Assembly: GCA_946495765.1 (NCBI GenBank)
Contig: CAMMEG010000001.1
Location: forward strand, 2,263-66,262
Direction of reading: 5' to 3'
Length of the DNA: 64,000 bases
Origin: an uncultured Eubacteriaceae bacterium
GTDB taxonomy: Bacteria; Bacillota; Clostridia; Lachnospirales; CAG-274
A program made the position numbers and the translations under genes. Numbering within the stretch: the stretch's first letter is position 1; each line of letters opens with the position of its first letter. The notes below the pieces were generated by a model. It was not told the origin of the DNA, did no database searches, and worked only from the letters and a program-made list of their open reading frames with translations. Shown piece after piece: positions 1 through 12,516 of the stretch.

Positions 1-240
1 CTTTGTAAAATAGCAGAGTTCTTTAGTATTTCATTAGATACACTTATTACTTGTCCTTTAGATAATAAAATATCTGTTAAAGAAGAGACAAATCTTGAGA
101 AAAAAAGAACAACTATATCTACTTATCTTAGTAGTATGGATGAGTCTGAGCTTGATTTCTTTATTTCTACTATGAAAGGATTTAAAAAATATACTTCATC
201 AAAATTTGAAAAATTATCTAAAGATGAAGATGTAGAATAA
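1..240 (+). CDS. 3' part of XRE-family HTH transcriptional regulator (5' end outside window)
   Basis: Open frame 1-240 translates LCKIAEFFSISLDTLI..., the typical C-terminal helix of Cro/CI-type HTH_3 domains; stop TAA 238-240. Confidence 0.65.
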   Translation, partial: LCKIAEFFSISLDTLITCPLDNKISVKEETNLEKKRTTISTYLSSMDESELDFFISTMKGFKKYTSSKFEKLSKDEDVE

Positions 241-291
241 TATATATTTTCCCCAATATAAAAATAATATAAAATTTTAATTGAAATTATA

Positions 292-359
292 TCAATCGAT
301 TTTTATATATAAAAAGACTAGATAGAATTCTAGTCTTTTTATATATAAAAATCGATTGA
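292..359. terminator. Perfect inverted repeat, 31-bp arms and 6-nt loop (terminator-like)
   Basis: tcaatcgatttttatatataaaaagactaga-tagaat-tctagtctttttatatataaaaatcgattga. Confidence 0.75.
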
Positions 360-673
360 CTAAAAGTATATAAAATTTTAAAATAACTTAAAATTGATAA
401 ATTAAGGATAAAATACAAAATATTTATAATATAAATATAGAATTTAGAAAAATAATTTAAGAATTGAGGAGATAGGTATTTAATTAATTTTTATTATATA
501 TTTTTAACAAGTTAGCACAAAGTTTAAAATTTGTGGTAACCTTTTAATTGTATAAAAAATAAAAATTTATATAATTGGTTATTGTACTTTATTTTAATAT
601 GTTATATAATATAAGTTATTACTTAGTTTATATAAATTTAATATACACAAAATATTTATTAAGGAGGTAACCC

Positions 674-1879
674 TTGTTTTTAGCGATTATCATATTTTTT
701 GGTTTTAATTTTTATATTTTTTCATACATAGCAAAAATTTTAGTAAACTTTAAAAAAAATATATTAGTATATTTATATATGTCTTGTTTAAACACATTTT
801 TAATGGTTATTGCTTATTATTTAAAATCTCCTTATTATATATCATATTTTTGGGCACTTATTACTTTAACAATAGAATTTTTAATTTTTTCTAAAGCAAA
901 ATTTACTCAAGCATTTTTGTGTTCAGGTATAGTGGTTATTAATATTAGTGCTATTCAAATGTTATTTATACCAATATATTCATTAATATTAGGTGTAACA
1001 CCTTATGAATTATTTAATACGCCTAATATATTTTTTAGTAGTTTAGCTATACTATTTATAATAATATATATAGTTTTTAAAATAAATTTAAAGTTTATAT
1101 CTAGTAAAGATATTATTAAGTTATCTACAACTTCTATTTATTCTATAATGGTTTCTGCTATAATTATCTTCATATTATTTTACACCATTATAGATGTTAT
1201 AGTTTTACAGTCTATGGAGTATTCATTAGAATATTTAATAACATTTGTTACTATACCTATATTAACATTATCACTTTTTTATACTTTATTTTTTTATAGT
1301 ATAAAAAGTGTTAATATGATGCCTTTTAAAAGAAAATCTGACAAATTAGAGTTGGCTAAGATACAAAGTAATATTCATAAAAAAAATATAGAGGATAAAA
1401 TTTTGAAAGATGACTTAACATCTTGTTATAATAGGAAGTATATTGAGTCTAATTTGAAACAAAAATATCGAGATAACATATTTAATTTTGCAATTTTATT
1501 TGTTGATATAGATGGTTTGAAAATGGTAAATGACACATTAGGTCATGAGTTTGGTGATGAGTATATAATAAATGTTAGTAAGGTTATAAGACAGGCTATT
1601 AGAGAAGATGATTTAGTAGCAAGACTTGGAGGAGACGAATTTCTTATAATTTTAAATGATATAGATGAAAAAGATATTAAATCTATTTTAGATAGAATTA
1701 ATGAAAAAATGAATATACTAGATAAAGTAACAAAAAAATATAAGGTTTCGGCAAGTATTGGATACATATTTATAGATGAAGAGTTATTAAAAACTGGTGT
1801 AGATAACATTATTAAGATTGCAGATGATAAGATGAGAATGCAAAAAAAGCATCTAAAGGAGAATGATTTTAAATGTTAA
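674..1879 (+). CDS. Membrane-bound diguanylate cyclase (GGDEF)
   Basis: Multi-TM N-terminus; DDLTSCYNR, DIDGLKMVNDTLGH, RxxD I-site and GGDEF; RBS aaggagg before TTG. Confidence 0.9.
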   Translation: MFLAIIIFFGFNFYIFSYIAKILVNFKKNILVYLYMSCLNTFLMVIAYYLKSPYYISYFWALITLTIEFLIFSKAKFTQAFLCSGIVVINISAIQMLFIPIYSLILGVTPYELFNTPNIFFSSLAILFIIIYIVFKINLKFISSKDIIKLSTTSIYSIMVSAIIIFILFYTIIDVIVLQSMEYSLEYLITFVTIPILTLSLFYTLFFYSIKSVNMMPFKRKSDKLELAKIQSNIHKKNIEDKILKDDLTSCYNRKYIESNLKQKYRDNIFNFAILFVDIDGLKMVNDTLGHEFGDEYIINVSKVIRQAIREDDLVARLGGDEFLIILNDIDEKDIKSILDRINEKMNILDKVTKKYKVSASIGYIFIDEELLKTGVDNIIKIADDKMRMQKKHLKENDFKC

Positions 1880-3078
1880 AATTGATTTGCTTTTTACTAT
1901 TTATAATATATATTTATATTATTTTTACATACTCATCAAATATATTTTTTAATAGTACTAAAAATTTAAAAATAGCATATTTACTAATTATATTAAATAT
2001 TATTTTAGGGGCTATTACATTAATTTTTGAAATTAGTATATTTGAAGCAGTATTTATGATAATTTATTTTTTACTTATAAGTATGGGATTTAGGTTATCA
2101 TATAATGATAAATGGTTAAAAAATATTTTTGTAGCTTTTTGTTTTGTTGTTAACTTTTTTGCTGTAAGATTTATTTATATATCTTGTTATTCTATACTAT
2201 TTAAAGTAGCATTATTTCAAATAATGCAAGATTATAGAATACTTACAATACTTACAATATTAACTTTATTAACTAATATTATATATATTTATGTATTTAA
2301 AGTATTTTTAAAACCAGAATATATAAATATAATTATAACAGATGAAAGTAGCTTAAAGTTTTCTAATGCAATATTGGGAAGTATATATGTATTTCTTGTT
2401 ATAAATACGTATTCATTTTATGTAGAAAAAGAATTTTGGGGAATATATATATTAAATATAAAAATATCAATTTGTGCTATAATAGGATTCTTTATAGTAT
2501 TATTATATTCATATTTATTTTCAAAATTAAAGTTATATGTTGTTAAAGCAGAAAATATAGAAAAAGAATTAGTGCAAGATGAACTAGAGTTAAAACAATT
2601 AGAAAATGAGGCAATATATGATTACTTTACATCTTGCTTTAAAAGAGATTTTATATATGAAAAAATAGATAATTTATTAAAAGACAGAGTTTTTTTCTGT
2701 ATAGTATTTATTGATATAGATGGACTTAAAATAACTAATGATTTATATGGACATGATGAAGGAGATTTTTATATAAAATCTGTGGCTGAAATATTAAATA
2801 TAGAGTTTGTAGGTAAGGCTATTGGAAGAATAGGTGGAGATGAATTTTTAGTTGTTTTAGAACATATAGATGTTTATGCAACAATGAAGTGCGCTGTTAG
2901 ATGTTTTGAAAAAGCTAATAATATTAGTACATTATTTAAAAAACCTTATCAAACTTCTATTAGCTATGGTGTTGTAGAAGTAACTCCAGACAATAAATTA
3001 TCTAGAGATGAACTTATAAAATTAGCGGATACATATATGTATAATTTTAAAAAGTATAGAAAGAAAAATAGAAAGTAA
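1873..3078 (+). CDS. Membrane-bound diguanylate cyclase (GGDEF), tandem paralog
   Basis: Multi-TM N-terminus; DIDGLKITNDLYGH, GRIGGDEF; overlaps the upstream stop. Confidence 0.9.
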   Translation: MLKLICFLLFIIYIYIIFTYSSNIFFNSTKNLKIAYLLIILNIILGAITLIFEISIFEAVFMIIYFLLISMGFRLSYNDKWLKNIFVAFCFVVNFFAVRFIYISCYSILFKVALFQIMQDYRILTILTILTLLTNIIYIYVFKVFLKPEYINIIITDESSLKFSNAILGSIYVFLVINTYSFYVEKEFWGIYILNIKISICAIIGFFIVLLYSYLFSKLKLYVVKAENIEKELVQDELELKQLENEAIYDYFTSCFKRDFIYEKIDNLLKDRVFFCIVFIDIDGLKITNDLYGHDEGDFYIKSVAEILNIEFVGKAIGRIGGDEFLVVLEHIDVYATMKCAVRCFEKANNISTLFKKPYQTSISYGVVEVTPDNKLSRDELIKLADTYMYNFKKYRKKNRK

Positions 3079-3110
3079 AAGATATCTTTAAAAAAGATAT
3101 CTTTTACTTT
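3072..3110 (+). terminator. Intrinsic terminator (18-bp perfect arms)
   Basis: aaagtaaaagatatcttt-aaa-aaagatatcttttacttt followed by T-run. Confidence 0.75.
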
Positions 3111-3137
3111 TTTATAATAAAAAATAATAAAAAAGAC

Positions 3138-3166
3138 TTGACAAAAGTTAAATTTAATGATATGGT
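3138..3166 (+). promoter_or_regulatory. SigmaA promoter of hrcA operon
   Basis: TTGACA-17bp-TATGGT with TG extension, just upstream of CIRCE. Confidence 0.7.
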
Positions 3167-3179
3167 TATTCTAGATTGA

Positions 3180-3206
3180 TTAGCACTCAACAAAAATGAG
3201 TGCTAA
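3180..3206 (+). promoter_or_regulatory. CIRCE element (HrcA operator)
   Basis: Exact TTAGCACTC-N9-GAGTGCTAA upstream of hrcA. Confidence 0.97.
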
Positions 3207-3252
3207 TAGAAAACTTTAGTTAATGTTACTTGTTCTTAAGGGAAGTGATTTT

Positions 3253-4287
3253 TTGAAATTAAATGATAGAAAAATTAAAATTTTAGAAGCTATTATTAAT
3301 GACTATATTGAAACAGGTGAACCTATTGGATCGCGTACTATTGCTAAAAAATATGACTTAGGTGTTAGTAGTGCTACAATAAGAAATGAAATGAGTGATT
3401 TAGAGGAATTAGGTCTTATTATACAACCTCATACATCTTCTGGACGTATACCATCTGATAAGGGATATCGTTTATATGTTGATACTCTTATGGGACATAG
3501 AGAGCTTACAGAAGAAGAAACTAATTTCTTAAAAAATGTAGTTATAAACAATATAAATCATATGGATTACCTTATGGAACAAACAGCAAGAGCGCTATCT
3601 ATGCTTACTAATTATGCAACAGTTATTAGTAAACCTAAAGTTGAAGAAGACAAAATTAAACATATTCAGCTTGTACCTTTAGATGAGTCTGCTATTATTG
3701 CTGTTGTAGTTACAGAAAATAAGTCTATAAAAAATTATGTTATACATGTTGAAAGGGAATTTTCTGCAAAAGATTTATTAACCATTACAACTAGTTTAAA
3801 TAATATAATTTTAGACTCCTCTTTAGATGAGATTAAAAGTCAAATTAGTAAAAATAATCAAAATATTATATCCGAAGCGGAACAAATAATAAATAAAGTT
3901 TTTGAACAAATTTTTAAATCTAATAAAGAAGAAGAGGTTAAGTTTTATACAAGTGGTATAAATAATATTTTAGACTTTAAAGAATTTAGTGATATAGAAA
4001 AAGCTAAACCTATTTTTCAAACTTTGGAAGAAAAAGATATGTTAATAGACATATTAAGTTCTAGTAATGAAGATAGCAATTCTATTCAAATATTAATTGG
4101 TGGTGAAAATAACGTTGAAGAATTTAAAGATTGTAGCATTGTAAAAACTGAGTATAAAATTGCTGGTGCTACTGGTACAATAGGAATTATAGCTCCTACT
4201 CGTATGGATTATGCAAAAGCAGTTAGTGTTTTAGATGGAATTGTTAAAAATATAAATAATGTTCTTAAAACCTTATCATCTGGATGA
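3253..4287 (+). CDS. hrcA: Heat-inducible transcription repressor HrcA
   Basis: EPIGSRTIAK...SSATIRNEMSDLEELG...PHTSSGRIPSDKGYR; likely TTG start at 3253 (track start 3223). Confidence 0.97.
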   Translation: MKLNDRKIKILEAIINDYIETGEPIGSRTIAKKYDLGVSSATIRNEMSDLEELGLIIQPHTSSGRIPSDKGYRLYVDTLMGHRELTEEETNFLKNVVINNINHMDYLMEQTARALSMLTNYATVISKPKVEEDKIKHIQLVPLDESAIIAVVVTENKSIKNYVIHVEREFSAKDLLTITTSLNNIILDSSLDEIKSQISKNNQNIISEAEQIINKVFEQIFKSNKEEEVKFYTSGINNILDFKEFSDIEKAKPIFQTLEEKDMLIDILSSSNEDSNSIQILIGGENNVEEFKDCSIVKTEYKIAGATGTIGIIAPTRMDYAKAVSVLDGIVKNINNVLKTLSSG

Positions 4288-4301
4288 GGAGAAAGGAAAA
4301 T

Positions 4302-6727
<2,426 letters not shown>

Positions 6728-6774
6728 TTTAACTAGTGAAAATACCCTCTAGCCAATGGTTAGAGGGCAAATCA

Positions 6775-7425
6775 CTATTTTAGGACTTTATTTATATTTA
6801 TCAATTTATATGTTAAATATAATAATAATGAACCTATTATTATAAATATAATAATTATAATGCTACAATTTCTAAAAAACTCTTGTGGTAATATATTTAT
6901 AATAGGGTCTTTTTTAGGGTCAAATATCCAATAATCATTATTAAAAAATATTTTATGAAATATTGTAAAAGACTTATCAAAGTTAAAATGTCCTATTATA
7001 GATATTAAAATAGTTATAATAATAGAATTTATTGAAGATTTTTTTAAAAATGTACTATCTTTTTTCTTATAATAATAGTAAAATATTATTATTAACGTTA
7101 TTAATATTATTATGCCTAATAAAAAGGCTATATTAAATATATTTTTAACTTCTTCAAAGTGTATTTTACCTTGTGTAGAATAAGGTAAAGTTGGTAGATG
7201 AAAATCTTTATTAGAAAAAGATAAAAAATAATCTAATATATAATTATAATTAATTTTTATATTTTCTAGTGAATAACCGGTTTTTTCTACTAAATCTAAG
7301 TATTTAATATGTAAATAGTAAAAATCTCTATTTAAGAGTAAAAATATGATTGCAATAAAAATAAAGTTATAAATAAATAAAATACTTATAAATATAGATA
7401 AAATATTATTAAGAAACTTTTTCAT
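6775..7425 (-). CDS. Integral membrane protein, TIGR01906/DUF1461 family
   Basis: HFEEVK, FTIFHKIFFNNDYWIFDP..DPII.ILP.EFF signature; TM segments. Confidence 0.85.
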   Translation of the reverse strand: MKKFLNNILSIFISILFIYNFIFIAIIFLLLNRDFYYLHIKYLDLVEKTGYSLENIKINYNYILDYFLSFSNKDFHLPTLPYSTQGKIHFEEVKNIFNIAFLLGIIILITLIIIFYYYYKKKDSTFLKKSSINSIIITILISIIGHFNFDKSFTIFHKIFFNNDYWIFDPKKDPIINILPQEFFRNCSIIIIIFIIIGSLLLYLTYKLININKVLK

Positions 7426-7523
7426 ATATACTCCTTTCTTTTACTATATTTTACTATATTATATAAAAATAGTCATTATATTTATAAAAAATATTTATAT
7501 AAATTTGTAATAATGAATGGTAG

Positions 7524-8681
7524 GTGAAAAAATTGGCAAAAAGAGATTATTATGAAGTGTTAGGTGTAAATAAAGGTGCATCTGATGCAGACATTAAAAA
7601 GGCTTATAGAAAACTTGCAAAAAAATATCATCCAGATGCAAACCCTAATAATCAAGAAGCTGAAGCAAAGTTTAAAGAAGCAACAGAAGCCTATGAAGTA
7701 CTTAGTGATGAAGGTAAAAGAAGAAATTATGACCAATTTGGACATTCTGCATTTGAAGGTGCAGGAGGCTTTTCTGGCGGTGGAAATTTCTCTGGTATGG
7801 ATATGGGAGATATATTTGAGAGCTTCTTTGGTGGAGGTGGGGGCTTTTCTGATATATTTGGAGGAGGCTCTTCAAGAAGAAGAAGAGGGTCATCAAGAGG
7901 AGCTGACTTGCAATATAATCTTACAATAAATTTTGAAGAAGCAGTATTTGGTTGTACTAAAGAAATATCTTTTCAAGCTGATGACAAATGTGACACTTGT
8001 AGTGGGTCTGGCGCTAAACCTGGTACACATGCTCAAACTTGTACTACTTGTGGTGGTTCTGGACAAGAAAGAGTTATGCAACAAACAATGTTTGGGTCAA
8101 TGACTACTGTAATAGAATGTCGTACTTGTCATGGAGAAGGAAAAATTATAAAAGAACCTTGTTCAGTATGTAATGGTAAAGGAAAAGTTAGAAAAACAAA
8201 AACTATATCTGTTGATATTCCAAAGGGGATAAATGAAGGACAAAGTATTAGAAAGGCTGGTATGGGAGCACCTGGTGAAAAAGGTGGACCTAATGGAGAT
8301 TTACTTATAGCTATTACTATTAGACCGCATAAAACTTTTGTTAGACAAAATAATGACATATATGTAGAAGTACCTATATCTATTGTACAAGCAACTCTTG
8401 GAGATGAAATAAAAGTTCCTACAATAGATGGAGAGGAAACATATACAGTAAAACCTGGTACACAACCAGAAACTACTGTTACTTTAAAAAACAAAGGTGT
8501 ATTTAATGTTCGTAACCCTAAGTTAAGGGGAGATCAATTTATAAAGTTTAAAGTAGTAGTACCTACAAAAATTAATGACCGTCAAAAAGATCTTCTTATG
8601 CAATTTGCAGCGCAAGATGGATCTGTACCTAATATAAAAAAAGAAAACTTTTTTGAAAAAATGAAAAAACATTTTGACTAA
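7524..8681 (+). CDS. dnaJ: Chaperone DnaJ
   Basis: J domain HPD, G/F-rich region, four CxxCxGxG repeats. Confidence 0.99.
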   Translation: MKKLAKRDYYEVLGVNKGASDADIKKAYRKLAKKYHPDANPNNQEAEAKFKEATEAYEVLSDEGKRRNYDQFGHSAFEGAGGFSGGGNFSGMDMGDIFESFFGGGGGFSDIFGGGSSRRRRGSSRGADLQYNLTINFEEAVFGCTKEISFQADDKCDTCSGSGAKPGTHAQTCTTCGGSGQERVMQQTMFGSMTTVIECRTCHGEGKIIKEPCSVCNGKGKVRKTKTISVDIPKGINEGQSIRKAGMGAPGEKGGPNGDLLIAITIRPHKTFVRQNNDIYVEVPISIVQATLGDEIKVPTIDGEETYTVKPGTQPETTVTLKNKGVFNVRNPKLRGDQFIKFKVVVPTKINDRQKDLLMQFAAQDGSVPNIKKENFFEKMKKHFD

Positions 8682-8697
8682 TAATTAAAAATATATA

Positions 8698-8738
8698 AAT
8701 AATAAGCCCTATGGATAATATCCATAGGGCTTATTATT
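8698..8738. terminator. Bidirectional terminator (20-bp perfect arms)
   Basis: aataataagccctatggata-a-tatccatagggcttattatt between convergent genes. Confidence 0.8.
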
Positions 8739-8777
8739 ACAATTAAGCTTAGTTGGTTTAAAAGATTAAAAAATTGA

Positions 8778-10418
8778 TTATTTTAAGTAGTTTAAAGGAT
8801 TTTGAGAAACTCCATTTTTTAATATTTCAAAATGTACGTGATTACCAGTGCTATCACCAGTGCTACCTACATAAGCAATAATTTCACCTTGTGCTACTTT
8901 TTGACCAACATATACAGCGTTTTTACTGTTATGACCATATATAGTTTGATAGCCATTACCATGATCTATTTTAATCATATATCCATATCCACCGCTATTC
9001 CAACCAGCAAATACTACTGTACCACCGTCTGATGCTTTTATAGGAGTACCAGCAGGAGAAGCAAGGTCTATGCCTTTATGAGTTGTACCCCATCTAGCTC
9101 CATAGTAAGATGATAGTCTTCCATTAGTAGGATATGCAAAGCTACCAATAGCTTTTTTTGGTGGTGTATTTAATGTACCAACTTCAACTTTTTCAACAAC
9201 AGGTTGGGTTAATATTTTTTCAGATATAATGTCTCTTTTTTCTTCTACACCATTTACTTTAGTTATTTTTGCAGTAACTTGTTTATTACCATCTTTACCA
9301 GCGCTTAATACTTTTTTATAAGTTTTATACTCATTATCATTATTTACAGTCTCAATAGTTTTAGGTATTACTTCATTATAAACAGCTTCTTCATAAGTAA
9401 CAACAGATAATAAAGGAGTAGGTACAATAAGATTTATTTTACTACCTATTTTAAGAGGAGTTGTTTCTGTAATATTAGGATTAGCTTTTAAAAGTGCTTC
9501 TAAAGACATATTATTGTCTATAGCTATTTCATAAAGTGTGTCCCCTTCTTTTATTTCATATTCTTTACCTTGGTCTTTATTAGTAGTAAGAATAGATAAA
9601 GCATCTTCGTTTGTTATAATATCTTGTTCTGCTACGTATTTGTTTTCTAATTTAACATCTTGTACAAATCCAGAATCAGCAACTTGTTTAACATCTTTAT
9701 TTATATATTTATCTTTTATACTATTTAATACTTTATTTGCTTCTTCTTCATTTTTTACAGTAGCAATAGTTTCACCATCAACAGTTATAACAGTAGCTTC
9801 TACTTTAAATGTAAAGTTTTTAGATATATTATCTACTGCTTTAGATATTTCTATTATTTCATCCTTAGATGCTCTAACTGGTTTTAAAGTTACTTCTTCA
9901 TTAACCTCAACTTTAGCACCTGTTTGTTGTGATAATTCATCTAAAGCTAGATTTTTAAGTTCTTCAGCAGTTTGAATATCTTTATCAGTAGGTTTAATAA
10001 TGCCTACCATAGTATCCCCTACGTATATTTCTTGTGCATTTTTGTGTGTAAGAGCCCATGTAACTATACCAATTACTACTACACCTAAAACAGTAATAGC
10101 TATTGGTTTAGGTGGTAATTTATTATTATCATCACCATTTGGATTGTTAAAGTTAATAATATTGTTAGAATTATCTTTAGAATTTAATTTTGTTTTATTA
10201 TTATCAACAGAATAAAATTTATTTATTATTGCATCTTTTGACTTTAAAATTTTATTTTTAAAAGTAAGTTTATTTTCTATTTTATTAGTATTTATAATTA
10301 TATTTGTTTCTTTAAGATTTAATTTATTATTTTTATAAGGAAAATCTATTATTTTATTTTGTTTTTCATCAAAACTTATATTATTAGAAAAGTTTTCTTT
10401 ATTAAGATTAACCGACAT
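8778..10418 (-). CDS. M23 peptidoglycan endopeptidase with LysM and G5 domains
   Basis: TM anchor, LysM (YEIKEGDTLYEIA), G5, HKGID and HVHFE zinc motifs. Confidence 0.92.
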   Translation of the reverse strand: MSVNLNKENFSNNISFDEKQNKIIDFPYKNNKLNLKETNIIINTNKIENKLTFKNKILKSKDAIINKFYSVDNNKTKLNSKDNSNNIINFNNPNGDDNNKLPPKPIAITVLGVVVIGIVTWALTHKNAQEIYVGDTMVGIIKPTDKDIQTAEELKNLALDELSQQTGAKVEVNEEVTLKPVRASKDEIIEISKAVDNISKNFTFKVEATVITVDGETIATVKNEEEANKVLNSIKDKYINKDVKQVADSGFVQDVKLENKYVAEQDIITNEDALSILTTNKDQGKEYEIKEGDTLYEIAIDNNMSLEALLKANPNITETTPLKIGSKINLIVPTPLLSVVTYEEAVYNEVIPKTIETVNNDNEYKTYKKVLSAGKDGNKQVTAKITKVNGVEEKRDIISEKILTQPVVEKVEVGTLNTPPKKAIGSFAYPTNGRLSSYYGARWGTTHKGIDLASPAGTPIKASDGGTVVFAGWNSGGYGYMIKIDHGNGYQTIYGHNSKNAVYVGQKVAQGEIIAYVGSTGDSTGNHVHFEILKNGVSQNPLNYLK

Positions 10419-10434
10419 AAAGAACCTCCATTTT

Positions 10435-12297
10435 TTATTTAGACACTATATTTATATTTGAGGCTATGTTATCTATATTATTTTTTATAACAATATAAAC
10501 TTTATCGCCTTTTTTAATATCTTTAATAGAAACATTTTTTAATGTTTCATAATCAAAAAATACAGTATCTTTATCTATAAAAACTTTAGTAGTAGATTTA
10601 CCTGTTAAATCTTGAGTAAATATAGTTATAGAGTTATCATTAATTTCTATAATTTCACCACTAAAATTTTTGTTGTACTTTCTTTCTAAAATGTCTATTG
10701 CATAGACTTCAGAGCTATCTAAATATAAAATAATACTATCTAATACTTTTATAGAATATATATCTAAAGTAGAGTTATTAGCATAATATGTGTTTGTTTT
10801 ACCATTATTTTCTTCTATTTCAATAAAAGAAGCTTGTTCATTTATTTTAATAGATTTTATAATGCCTTGTTTTTTAGATATACTCCCTTTTGCTTCTAAA
10901 CTTGAAATTTTATCTTTATTTACAATAATATTAATTGTATCACCTATTTTAAGATCTTTAATAGTAGTATTAATATTATTTCTAATTATTTTTGCATCAT
11001 TTGTAAATCCCATCTCAAATATTTTACTGTCAGTAGTTTTTATAATTATTTTATCTTTAGATTTGTCTATTATACTACCTATAAATAGTGCATTTTGATC
11101 TTCTAATATTATTTGTGTAGCTATTTTATTATCTAATATTATAGTAGCTAGACTATTTTCATCTATATTGTTAACAGTTATTCCATTTCTAGTTATTTTA
11201 CAATTTGGAGAAATTGGAATAATATCTATCTTTTCTTTAACATAAAAACCATTAGCATCTATTTCTTTGTAAGATAAACCTATACTATTTATAGAAACAT
11301 TTTTTATTATGCCATACATTTTAGTATTTTCATAATTTTGTATATCTTTAATTTGTAGGTTAGTTTTTACATCTATTTTAGTAATAATATTATCTTTTAT
11401 AGTAATCTCTGCATTATTACCACTTTCTATATTAGATAAATCAGATTCAATATTATCAATATATATACTAGAGTTTTTATCTATACTATATATTTTAGTT
11501 TCATTTCCTATTTTAGTTTGTATAGAATTACTTTCTATAAAAACATGTTCAATAGTAACAAACCTAGTTTGTATAGTTTGAACATTTTCTAGTGTTTGAA
11601 CTTTACTAGATTTAATATTTATATTTGTATATTGCAAAAACTTATCTAATATAATAGCTAATTCAGATTTATTAATAGCATTTTTAGGATAAAAGCTATT
11701 ATCTATAGAGGTAACTATACCAAGGTTGTCCATATAATAGCAAGATTTTATATTATTAGGATTTATATTATTTTCATCTTTAAAAGATTTATTAAAATTC
11801 ATATTGTTAATATTATCTTCTTTACCTTCTAACCTAACTAAAAATAATGATATTTCTTCTTTAGATAATGCTCTTATTTTTTCTTTATTATTTTGGTCTA
11901 AAATAATAAAGTCATTTAAATCTTGTTCATCTAATATACCTTTTTCTAGAAGTATAATCATAGAACTATTAGCAGAACTATCCCATTTATTATATTTTTC
12001 ATCATATTTTAAAATTATATCATTATATTTACTTTTTGATATATCTATGTTTTCTTCATTTTGGATAAATTTAGATAATATTTTCATAGTATCAAATTTA
12101 CTAATATAGCTATCAGGCTTAAAATTGCCTTGTAAATCTCCTACCATAAGACCAAGTTTAGACATTTTTTCTATTGAAGAATAGGCTATATTATCTTTAC
12201 TTACATCATTAAAAATATTAGCATATACATTAACATAATTAAGTGAGATGAAAGTAGTCAAACTTAATACAGCTAATACCTTTTTTGAGTTTTTCAT
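10435..12297 (-). CDS. Secreted S-layer homology (SLH) domain protein
   Basis: Signal peptide MKNSKK..., FNDV...GLMVG...FKPDSYISK SLH-like motifs; RBS aggagg supports ATG 12297 rather than 12357. Confidence 0.8.
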   Translation of the reverse strand: MKNSKKVLAVLSLTTFISLNYVNVYANIFNDVSKDNIAYSSIEKMSKLGLMVGDLQGNFKPDSYISKFDTMKILSKFIQNEENIDISKSKYNDIILKYDEKYNKWDSSANSSMIILLEKGILDEQDLNDFIILDQNNKEKIRALSKEEISLFLVRLEGKEDNINNMNFNKSFKDENNINPNNIKSCYYMDNLGIVTSIDNSFYPKNAINKSELAIILDKFLQYTNINIKSSKVQTLENVQTIQTRFVTIEHVFIESNSIQTKIGNETKIYSIDKNSSIYIDNIESDLSNIESGNNAEITIKDNIITKIDVKTNLQIKDIQNYENTKMYGIIKNVSINSIGLSYKEIDANGFYVKEKIDIIPISPNCKITRNGITVNNIDENSLATIILDNKIATQIILEDQNALFIGSIIDKSKDKIIIKTTDSKIFEMGFTNDAKIIRNNINTTIKDLKIGDTINIIVNKDKISSLEAKGSISKKQGIIKSIKINEQASFIEIEENNGKTNTYYANNSTLDIYSIKVLDSIILYLDSSEVYAIDILERKYNKNFSGEIIEINDNSITIFTQDLTGKSTTKVFIDKDTVFFDYETLKNVSIKDIKKGDKVYIVIKNNIDNIASNINIVSK

Positions 12298-12330
12298 ATA
12301 AGCCTCCTTTTGTAAAGGAAATTTAATTTT

Positions 12331-12347
12331 TGTAATACATTTGTAAC
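12331..12347. promoter_or_regulatory. WalR-type direct-repeat box
   Basis: TGTAAT-N5-TGTAAC matches TGTWAH-N5-TGTWAH, upstream of SLH-M23 operon. Confidence 0.5.
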
Positions 12348-12348
12348 A

Positions 12349-12377
12349 ATTATACATTAATTTATATTGATTGGCAA
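12349..12377 (-). promoter_or_regulatory. SigmaA promoter of SLH-M23 operon
   Basis: Minus strand TTGCCA-17bp-TATAAT. Confidence 0.65.
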
Positions 12378-12459
12378 GGAAAATTTAAGATAATATGAAA
12401 ATTTTAGTTAAGTTTTATTATTTTATTTATTTTATCATAAAGTATTTGTATAATTTTTT

Positions 12460-12516
12460 ATAATAATATATTAAAAGGCAGTAGATTTTATCTACTGCCT
12501 TTTAATATATTATTAT
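12460..12516 (-). terminator. Terminator of the csxA-like fragment (27-bp perfect arms)
   Basis: ataataatatattaaaaggcagtagat-ttt-atctactgccttttaatatattattat, overlapping the stop codon. Confidence 0.8.
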
